A stretch of DNA of 64,000 nt from Rubripirellula sp. (lineage in GTDB: Bacteria > Planctomycetota > Planctomycetia > Pirellulales > Pirellulaceae). Location of the stretch: NCBI GenBank assembly GCA_965216875.1, contig OZ244207.1, positions 2,208,001 through 2,272,000 of the forward strand, written 5' to 3'. The first letter of the stretch is position 1. The number at the start of each line of letters is the position of its first letter. This document shows, piece by piece, positions 39,626 to 47,336 of the stretch. Made by a program: the position numbers and the translations under genes. The notes beneath the pieces were generated by a model, which saw nothing but the letters and a program-made list of their open reading frames with translations, made no database searches and was not told the origin of the DNA.

Positions 39626-40501
39626 ATGCTGAACACCGCAGACTTTTTGAAGCAGATCAAAACGTCTGATGACCACATCGGTGCACGTTTGATTTACGCC
39701 GATTGGCTCGAAGAGCAGGGGGATCCGCAAGGCGAGTTCATCCGAATTCAGTGCGAGCTGTACACCCGCCGCAACGAGGTGGTTTCGCCTGAAATTCGTT
39801 CGCTGCGGCTTCGCGAACGCGAGTTACTCGATGCCAACTTTCGCTACTGGGCCCACGGCCTACTCGAGGAAGGTATTGAGCACGCAGACATCCATTTTCG
39901 ATTTGGCACCGTCGACAGTGTCACCTTGGGCGAAAACGACTTTCATCGCTTTCGAGATCGCCTGAGTGAACTCGCTCCGATGCTAAGGGGTTTGCGTTTG
40001 GACGGCGCCCACAACTACCTTCCCCGTCTCGAAAGCTGGCCATTGCTTTCATCCATGAAGCAGTTGACCTTCACTCACCTCGGATCGGATGAGGCTGACA
40101 TACGCTATCTCTTCCGCTTTCTGCGGCGGTTGCCGGGGCTTGAATCGCTTTGCCTCTACTACACCGACCAGGGTGACCCTGTCGCCCGAATGCTCGCTGT
40201 CCCCGACGGCTTTCCCCGACTCATCGCCCTCGACCTATCAAGCATTGGAATCACCGAAGTCGGGGTCGAACAGCTCACACTGAACCAGGCGCTGATGAAA
40301 CGCTTGCGTTGGCTCAACCTTTCGCACAATCGTCTGGACGACACGGCGATCGGTCACTTGGTCAACGTAGGAATGGACAGCCTCGAAAACCTCAGGCTGC
40401 TTGGCTCAAGCGTTTCGTACGATATGCACGAAAAGCTCGAGCAGCAATTTGGCGCCCGGTGCGACATTTCTCGGATCCGCAATCGATGGCACGCTCAATG
40501 A
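39626..40501 (+). CDS. TIGR02996 repeat-companion domain + LRR protein
   Basis: FL..I…DD..ARLIYADWLEEQGDP.GEFIRIQC, then LRRs (LDLSSIGIT, LNLSHNRLDD). Confidence 0.88.
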   Translation: MLNTADFLKQIKTSDDHIGARLIYADWLEEQGDPQGEFIRIQCELYTRRNEVVSPEIRSLRLRERELLDANFRYWAHGLLEEGIEHADIHFRFGTVDSVTLGENDFHRFRDRLSELAPMLRGLRLDGAHNYLPRLESWPLLSSMKQLTFTHLGSDEADIRYLFRFLRRLPGLESLCLYYTDQGDPVARMLAVPDGFPRLIALDLSSIGITEVGVEQLTLNQALMKRLRWLNLSHNRLDDTAIGHLVNVGMDSLENLRLLGSSVSYDMHEKLEQQFGARCDISRIRNRWHAQ

Positions 40502-43500
40502 CGCAGAGTTGGTTTTTCAACCACGTGTTTGATCACCTTTGCGTCCGGATGGCGGAAGACACGCGGATCGAAAATGTCATCACTAACGTACCAGGGTGTG
40601 CCGTCCTTGCGCCGATACATTCGATCAGCCTCCGCACGACTCAACGGCCGCGCACCAACTCGACCAAACACCGCGATCTGATTGCCGCTTTCGTCAACAG
40701 CGCGGTCGCGGTCCATCCCGCGACTGATCGCAAGGGCGTGCCCCTCTTTCGGTAGCTTGTAGCTAGCAACCAAGTAAGGCATCGGACGTGGGCTGAACCC
40801 ATCGTTGCCGGGAACTTCGGGGCTCGTGAGTTGAATCACTCGCAGCCCATTCTTTCCATCGGCGACATACGCAAACTGACTCACGTTCGTGATCCCGAGT
40901 TTGACGTCGTGGGCGTCATTGATGCATCCGTTCGCATCATAGATCTGATCGACGTAGGCAGCTTGCGGGTTCTCAATATCAAGAATCGCCAAGCCGTGCT
41001 TGCCGGCCGCAACGTAGGCATACGTTCGTGCAAGGTAAATTCCGTGGGCATCATGCAGCGGAACATGATGAACCACACGCGGGTGAGCCAAATCGGTTGT
41101 ATCGAGTACCGTCACGCCTTCCTCGTCGGTCACAAATCCGTATCGGAATTGAACCGCCACTTTGTGCGGATGGTGCAGCTCGTCTTGCCCGATCACTTCG
41201 GTGACGTGGGGGCAAGTCGGATCGCTGATGTCGACGACCACGAGCCCCGCTTTTGCGCAGATATAGGCGTAGGTCCCAACAATCGTGATCGATTCAGCAC
41301 CACACAAAATCCCGTCAGGATTGAAAGTGAGGGCGCGTTCGAGATAGTTGTTCAGCGGGTTGCCGTCGAGAAGCGTTCCGGCGCCGACCAAGATCAGCCC
41401 TTCCTCGCGGTCAGTGACATAGATGTAGGCATACATCGAGTGAACCGCTGGCTCCTCGTTCCGAGGGTCCTGAACGCGCGTTGGATCGGGAGCAATCGTT
41501 GTGGGTGCGGCAACTCCCGTCGCATACTTCGATCGAACGTAGAAACGTTGACCAACAGGCGATACCGGCGCCGTCGTGATTCGCTCACTAAACGCTTTGT
41601 GATCGATAAACGCGATGTCAAAGACTCGCAAACCGCCCTTGCCACAAGCCGCATAGAGGTATTCGCCACGATGTTGAAGATCGAGCACCTCGGGCTTGCG
41701 GAATCGCAACGAGAGTGCTTCGATAATGTCGCGCCCCGGATGCTCGTGGCTATGCTCGAGCTTTCGGCCGTGCTTGACGTGTTCTTTGTAGTTGTCAGGG
41801 TAAGCAATCTTGTGCAATGAACTTCCGATCACAGCCTGCGGCTCGGTGTTTTCGGTGACCACCACAGCTTCAAAGCCATGCTCACCCGCCGCCACGTAGC
41901 AATACTTCCCAATGAAGTTTGTGAATCCGGTACCTTGCATCAAAAGCTGCGCCATCAGAGCGTTGTTGTCTTCGTTGATCGAGAGGTGACAATCGCTGCA
42001 GCTCTTCGTTTCGTAGACGCCGGGCATTCCGTGCGCAGATTCATTGCTCCAGCCGGCACCACCGCGAACGGTATGCGGGACGTTGGTGCTGAAGGCAATC
42101 CCGCTCATCCCATCCCCAGAGATCGTCTGCTGTTGGGTATAGATGGATTGCCGCTTGGCATCGAGACTGCTGACGTGAATCGCACAGCTACTGCGAGCTG
42201 GGCCGATTCGATTTCCTGTCACATTTCCATCGCGAGCTAACATAAAGACGTCGTCGCGAAGCGTCTGGAAGTTGTAGCTGGTCCGGTTTCGCGTCACGTC
42301 ACCGTTGTTGTGCAACTCGGGTGACTTGATGTTCGCTTTTTGCGTCAGGTGACAACCAAAGCAACTCGGATTCCACGAACTATGGCATGAGATGCATGAC
42401 ATGTTCTCGTTACGGTGTGCACATGCGAGAACGGCGTCTTTGTCGGATCCGCCCCAAGTGAGTTTGCCGTCGTCGGCCATGCGAACCGTTTTGGCTGCAT
42501 GCGAACGCGGGTTGTATTCCGAGCTTCCTGGACGAATAGTGTTGGCCGTTTGGCTGACGACCCAATACTTATCCGGTTCGACCGTACTGCGTTGAATCAG
42601 CTGCGGCTCCTTGCCTGGCTCGCGAAGAATCTCGAAGCGAGGCGTGTCGAAGGTTGTGCGCAGTGCGAGCAGGTTCGTCCCATTCGTTGGCGCGGCGGGA
42701 CCAGTCGTCGGTAGCCTTGGTGCTTGGCCATTGGCAATTTGACGTTCCACTTTCTCGACAAGCGTTTCGTCAGCCGTACCATGGCAGTCGATGCACTGAA
42801 TTTCAATCGCCGCACGCACTTCGGCATACAGGTTCGTGTTGCCGTGACTGTCTTGATAGAAGTGACAATCGGTGCAATGCATCCCCTTTTCCATGTGGAT
42901 GTCCATCAGATGGACGGGCGCATCAGGACGACATTTCCCAGCGTCCGTCTGCTCTTTCTCTGTTGGCGGTGCCACAGCAGCTTGAAGCTGTTCGTTGCTC
43001 GCTTCGCCAATCTTGTCATTCTTCCAATCGAGTAGGTTCCCTTTGCGGTCCTTCTTGAACACCGCTCGGAACACCCAGCCGTGCCCGTGGAAATCAGCAA
43101 ACTGAGTGTGGCGCAAATGTGGATTCAGGTCGCTCACGTTGGCCAGGAACTCGGGATCGCTCCAGTGTCCGCGTGCCGCCGCTTCGTTCGGGTTCGATTC
43201 GGTTGCACGAATGTAGTCTTCGGCGGTGAGGTGCTTTTGCTTGGTCGGGTACATCAACTCGCCGTCGGTTTCGTTGTCCCACCACATGTAACCGAGGTAG
43301 CTATTGATCACGTTCGTGCCTGGGTGCACATGGCAAACCATGCACTGGCTCGTCGGCATCCGAAGTTCGAACTTGTGCTGGATTGGATGGCCCGGTTGAT
43401 CCTTCCGGATCATTGGGTCAATGAACTGCACCCATTCATCGCGTTCCGCCGCCGCTGTACCCCGGTTGCCGTATTTGGCAAGGAAGCCACTTGCAACAGG

Positions 43501-44829
43501 ACTACGATCATTGGCGTAAAGCACGTGACAGGCACTACAGCCGCTGCTTCGGTAGTCACCCGGGTGATCGTTCGTCCCCAAGAAGTTGAGCGTGGGGTCG
43601 AGCAATCTTGTTTTGGCAAGGCCGACGTAGACGGGGTCGGTTCGGTTCTCGGTCCCGAGGCCACGGTTGCTGAGCCGTTCACGTGGTCGCCCGGGTTCTT
43701 CAAGGATTTCAGGAATGCCGACTTCAGCGCGAAAACGGCCACCGCGTTCAAAGATTCTTAGCACGTTGCCCGGCTGGCTGACCTGGTAGGGCAACAAGGG
43801 CTGCAGATAGGGAACGATGCCTTTATTGCGCGTCTCTTCGGGCGTCGGCAAGGGTACGTTCTGCAGGATCTGAGGCGCTCCGTGCATGCTGTACGATTCG
43901 CCGTATTGGGCGTACTTTTTGTCGGTCGATCCGTTGTTGTAAAGAGCCGCGCCCCAAAGCATGCAACCGTGCGTCATCATGCTTTTGCGAAGCTGCAAAA
44001 CTTCGTTGGGGTGACACTGTCCACAGGCAATGTGCGCAACACGCAGGTCACCCGGATTCATGAACCGAATGAACTCAGGATCCTCATGATTGAGGATGGT
44101 GTAACTGCGAACCGGATTGGCGCTGTCCTTCCAGGCTGGCGCGAAACGAGGCCAGACGTGTGCGCCTTTGATATTGAAGCAAGTCGCATCGCCACCGTGA
44201 CAATCGGTGCATCCGATTTGGACGGAGTTGATCGGGTGCATGTGCCCGACGTCGGTATGACAGTGAATGCAACTTTCACTCTTCAAGTAGGCATCGCCCG
44301 ACGTTTGCCGCGCCAGGTCGTCGTGACGCAGATTCTCTGGAATCGGATAGGACGGGTTGTCGGCAATGCCCAAGCGACGCGCGACGTCCCAAGGGTCATC
44401 ACTGCGGCGGCCAATCCCTGACTCGGTGGCTCCCAATGAATCGGAGGCAGCGCGTCCGTGATAAGTACGTGGCAAAGGAATCTTCTGCTCAGGCACAACA
44501 ACGCCCTCGGGCAGATCAGGGCGTGACGCCACGCGAATTTTTGGTTGAGCCGAGGCTCTTGGCAATGGCTTGGGCGCGGTGTCAAGTTGGTCCGAAAGAC
44601 GCATCGTAAACGGCTCGGGCGCATGGTCGGCCGGGTTACCCGATTCACGTTGCTCGTTCGAATCGTTGCTACCTGCGGGTTCCACGTGCGACACCGGTTT
44701 GACTTGCGCCTGTGAACGCAACAAGTCTTTCAGCTTTGCCGTTCGCTGACTCGGTGTTTGCGCCTGCGCATCGGAAACGCAGACGGCAACGACGACCAAC
44801 GCTAGTAGTTGTTTGATGAATCCGTTCAT
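40495..44829 (-). CDS. Secreted ten-heme c-type cytochrome fused to an LVIVD-repeat beta-propeller
   Basis: Signal peptide from ATG 44829 (alternative ATG 44877). Ten CxxCH motifs: CIHCH, CTDCH, CGQCH, CSACH, CMVCH, CTDCH, CIDCH, CISCH, CFGCH, CSDCH. Seven YxYV…GL.V.D repeats at the C-terminus. Confidence 0.9.
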   Translation of the reverse strand: MNGFIKQLLALVVVAVCVSDAQAQTPSQRTAKLKDLLRSQAQVKPVSHVEPAGSNDSNEQRESGNPADHAPEPFTMRLSDQLDTAPKPLPRASAQPKIRVASRPDLPEGVVVPEQKIPLPRTYHGRAASDSLGATESGIGRRSDDPWDVARRLGIADNPSYPIPENLRHDDLARQTSGDAYLKSESCIHCHTDVGHMHPINSVQIGCTDCHGGDATCFNIKGAHVWPRFAPAWKDSANPVRSYTILNHEDPEFIRFMNPGDLRVAHIACGQCHPNEVLQLRKSMMTHGCMLWGAALYNNGSTDKKYAQYGESYSMHGAPQILQNVPLPTPEETRNKGIVPYLQPLLPYQVSQPGNVLRIFERGGRFRAEVGIPEILEEPGRPRERLSNRGLGTENRTDPVYVGLAKTRLLDPTLNFLGTNDHPGDYRSSGCSACHVLYANDRSPVASGFLAKYGNRGTAAAERDEWVQFIDPMIRKDQPGHPIQHKFELRMPTSQCMVCHVHPGTNVINSYLGYMWWDNETDGELMYPTKQKHLTAEDYIRATESNPNEAAARGHWSDPEFLANVSDLNPHLRHTQFADFHGHGWVFRAVFKKDRKGNLLDWKNDKIGEASNEQLQAAVAPPTEKEQTDAGKCRPDAPVHLMDIHMEKGMHCTDCHFYQDSHGNTNLYAEVRAAIEIQCIDCHGTADETLVEKVERQIANGQAPRLPTTGPAAPTNGTNLLALRTTFDTPRFEILREPGKEPQLIQRSTVEPDKYWVVSQTANTIRPGSSEYNPRSHAAKTVRMADDGKLTWGGSDKDAVLACAHRNENMSCISCHSSWNPSCFGCHLTQKANIKSPELHNNGDVTRNRTSYNFQTLRDDVFMLARDGNVTGNRIGPARSSCAIHVSSLDAKRQSIYTQQQTISGDGMSGIAFSTNVPHTVRGGAGWSNESAHGMPGVYETKSCSDCHLSINEDNNALMAQLLMQGTGFTNFIGKYCYVAAGEHGFEAVVVTENTEPQAVIGSSLHKIAYPDNYKEHVKHGRKLEHSHEHPGRDIIEALSLRFRKPEVLDLQHRGEYLYAACGKGGLRVFDIAFIDHKAFSERITTAPVSPVGQRFYVRSKYATGVAAPTTIAPDPTRVQDPRNEEPAVHSMYAYIYVTDREEGLILVGAGTLLDGNPLNNYLERALTFNPDGILCGAESITIVGTYAYICAKAGLVVVDISDPTCPHVTEVIGQDELHHPHKVAVQFRYGFVTDEEGVTVLDTTDLAHPRVVHHVPLHDAHGIYLARTYAYVAAGKHGLAILDIENPQAAYVDQIYDANGCINDAHDVKLGITNVSQFAYVADGKNGLRVIQLTSPEVPGNDGFSPRPMPYLVASYKLPKEGHALAISRGMDRDRAVDESGNQIAVFGRVGARPLSRAEADRMYRRKDGTPWYVSDDIFDPRVFRHPDAKVIKHVVEKPTLRH

Positions 44830-44900
44830 ATCATTTAGCCAACGGGGGCAGACGATTGAGGGGCATCGCTTTGACATCCCTCATGTGGCGTCTGCTTTCG

Positions 44901-46934
44901 CTAGTACTCGAGGATGAGCTCCATGAATCCCGCGACGTGATTTCGGGTGTCGCCGTTTAGGTTTTGAAACAGGTCTTTGAATCCGCCACCTGGGATCAGC
45001 GTTGCGATCCCCCCTTCGATCAGCACGTTGTTGTTATGCAGCGGGCGGTATTCGATGCCTGAACTGAGGTCGACGCCGATGAACTCGCGCACGTCGCCAA
45101 CAAACAGGTAAGTTTCCAGCACTTCCGTTTTGTCAAACCAAAGGAAGTTACAGTTATTGATGGTCTTCAGCCGGGGCGTGATGTCGGCATCGATCCCAAG
45201 GTTGAACAGGTGCAGGCCAGGATTGACGAAATTGGTTTGCCCCTGAAACTTCGTGTTTCGAAGGCTAGGTGTGAGTGCTTCGCGATTGACCAACTCAACG
45301 CCGAATAGCCGAATTCCCTGGCGTCCCCAATAGCTGAATTCCTGGCCTGCAAAGTTCGGTTCGGCAAAGATCGCATCGAAACCGGTCGCCCGGCTGTCGT
45401 TCGGATCACTGTCACCGGAACTATAGAAGTAAGACGTTCGGAAACGCACCCAGTCACGGTCGTAGGAAAGCTCGAGTGCCGCCATGTAGGCACTGATATC
45501 GACCTCACGCCCCGCGATGGGGTTCAAGTCGTCGCGTCCGAGCACGTAGTAAAACGCACTGCTCACGTTGATCCGTTCAATGTGCCCATTGCTCGCCGTT
45601 CCGAAGTAGTACGACTTGACGTCATGTGGAACAGCAACCCCAACGGGGTCGGGCCGAACGAGGAAGTTGTTTTTATCAAACTCCATCGACGGCTTGTCGT
45701 GGTTGTAGTGGAACGAGAAGGTGACGTCGTATCCGGGATAGAGAAAATCCTGGCGATAGTAGTTGGCAATCCAAGTGTTCTGATGGCGGTCTTCATTCAG
45801 ACGGTTCAACAGACTGTTGGTGTCCTTTTCCGTTTGATCAAACCAGATCACGTTGAATTCATCGCGGTTGCTGTTCCGCGTACCGAACAAGCGAACGGCG
45901 CGGTTGATGTCGTTGAAAATGAACCCGCGGAAATCACTAACGAAGATTTGGCTGCCCGCTCGAACGGACGCGAAGTCGTAGTAGGGACTGGTGTCAGCAA
46001 GCTTGGCTTCGAAAAACCATTCTTCCAAGGCAAAGTCTTTGCGAAACCGTTGCGTTCCAGCGCGAACGTCTGGATTCACAACCGCAAGCTCATCAGCCAC
46101 GAAGTTGTTGATGTTGAAAATCATGTCGACTTTCACACGCCAGTCGACCGGCTTGAAGAACGTGTTGCCGTGGAACAGATCAAACGCGAGTTGCATTTGA
46201 TTCACGACCGTGAACGAATCGGGATCGCCAAAGAAGGCAGCAGCGCCCGGATTTCGTGTTGCTTCGAAGGGAGTCGTCGGCGTCGGAAGCTGGCGTCCCT
46301 CAAGAAGCGTCAGGTTGATTCCGGTGATATTCAGGAAGGTGTGTTGCCCGATGATCGGGTAGTCACCTTTGAGAACGTTTTGGTTGTAGGGGTCCCACCA
46401 GGCACCTTTGACACCTGGATAGTCATCCATGATCGGGTGCCCTTTGCCATAACGGTCTGAGTCAGGCAGCCCCAACCGCCAACGATCTTCGAGCGGAATG
46501 AAGTGGCTGCTTGTTTGCGATTCCGTTGGTAGAACACCGCTCGGGCCGGTGAAGCCGTATGGATGGCCCTTGCCGCCCGCGACAACCAGGGGATTGGTGT
46601 GGTCTTCGAGCGGACCGATTGCAGGGAGTCGCTGCTGCGGTTCGTCGGCTGGCCTCAAAACCTTCGGGCGAATCTCGGATTCCGCTTGGACCAACTGGAT
46701 CGCCGACAGTTGCTCTGCAATCGTCGAACCGTTTTTGATGGGCGTGCTTGGATCACCGGACCTTAGATCGAACAGCGCTTCGTCCACCGGAGTGCTTAGC
46801 AGATCGGCTTGAAGCTCGATGCCTGGACCGAGCTGAAGCAGATCACCCAGGGCGCGGGTCTGAGCGCGCACCGTCGACGTGCTGCACATTGCAGTCAGCG
46901 TCAAAACGATGATCGCGATCCGAACCATACGCAT
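44901..46934 (-). CDS. Predicted outer-membrane beta-barrel (alginate-export/porin-like) protein
   Basis: Signal peptide, alternating amphipathic strands (ELSYDRDWVRFRTSYFYSSGD, VRAGSQ.F.SDFRGF, GVDLSSGIEYRP) and a C-terminal aromatic beta-signal (…MELILEY). Confidence 0.75.
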   Translation of the reverse strand: MRMVRIAIIVLTLTAMCSTSTVRAQTRALGDLLQLGPGIELQADLLSTPVDEALFDLRSGDPSTPIKNGSTIAEQLSAIQLVQAESEIRPKVLRPADEPQQRLPAIGPLEDHTNPLVVAGGKGHPYGFTGPSGVLPTESQTSSHFIPLEDRWRLGLPDSDRYGKGHPIMDDYPGVKGAWWDPYNQNVLKGDYPIIGQHTFLNITGINLTLLEGRQLPTPTTPFEATRNPGAAAFFGDPDSFTVVNQMQLAFDLFHGNTFFKPVDWRVKVDMIFNINNFVADELAVVNPDVRAGTQRFRKDFALEEWFFEAKLADTSPYYDFASVRAGSQIFVSDFRGFIFNDINRAVRLFGTRNSNRDEFNVIWFDQTEKDTNSLLNRLNEDRHQNTWIANYYRQDFLYPGYDVTFSFHYNHDKPSMEFDKNNFLVRPDPVGVAVPHDVKSYYFGTASNGHIERINVSSAFYYVLGRDDLNPIAGREVDISAYMAALELSYDRDWVRFRTSYFYSSGDSDPNDSRATGFDAIFAEPNFAGQEFSYWGRQGIRLFGVELVNREALTPSLRNTKFQGQTNFVNPGLHLFNLGIDADITPRLKTINNCNFLWFDKTEVLETYLFVGDVREFIGVDLSSGIEYRPLHNNNVLIEGGIATLIPGGGFKDLFQNLNGDTRNHVAGFMELILEY

Positions 46935-47336
46935 GGGGTGGTGGTCTCTTGTCGCTGTTTTGCCCGTCTTGCCTTAATGGGCCTTTGAATCAAAGCGTTT
47001 CTCGAGCAGCTTCACTGTCCGAGAGTCACAGAACCGCTGCATCCGCCCGGGGCTTTTGGAAGCCCCTCGCCGGGAGCACAAAGAGCATCTTTGTGGCCTA
47101 CCTTTGTCCCGGTTGGGGTTTGATGGCCCCAAACTGCGGTTTCAGGTTGTATCGGTTGGGGGACAACTGACACTGATAACGAAGAATCCAATAAATCCAA
47201 TTTTTCAGTCTCCTCTGCCACTTTCCCGGGTTTAGCTCGTCAAACCTGGCAATTGAAGTAGCATGGGGAGACCCCCGAGTTCGGTGGCCCTCCGGTTGAA
47301 AGGTGGAGGGTGCCAAAACGCGTACCGGAATCCTCG

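Noticed and set aside
40831..41820. Long antisense ORFs (for example 329 aa here, 45582-46460, 60297-61241, 21394-22293)
   Set aside because: They are shadow frames opposite well-supported genes in GC-rich DNA and carry no motifs.
40495..46934. Assigning mtrA/mtrB, hao or hzs gene names
   Set aside because: Length, heme spacing and the propeller fusion do not match those families. The similarity is in layout only.
47285..47315. Leader hairpin sequestering GGAGG upstream of the GlcG/dockerin gene
   Set aside because: The stem is short and the GGAGG lies about 27 nt from ATG 47337, too far for a Shine-Dalgarno site. No recognised riboswitch consensus.
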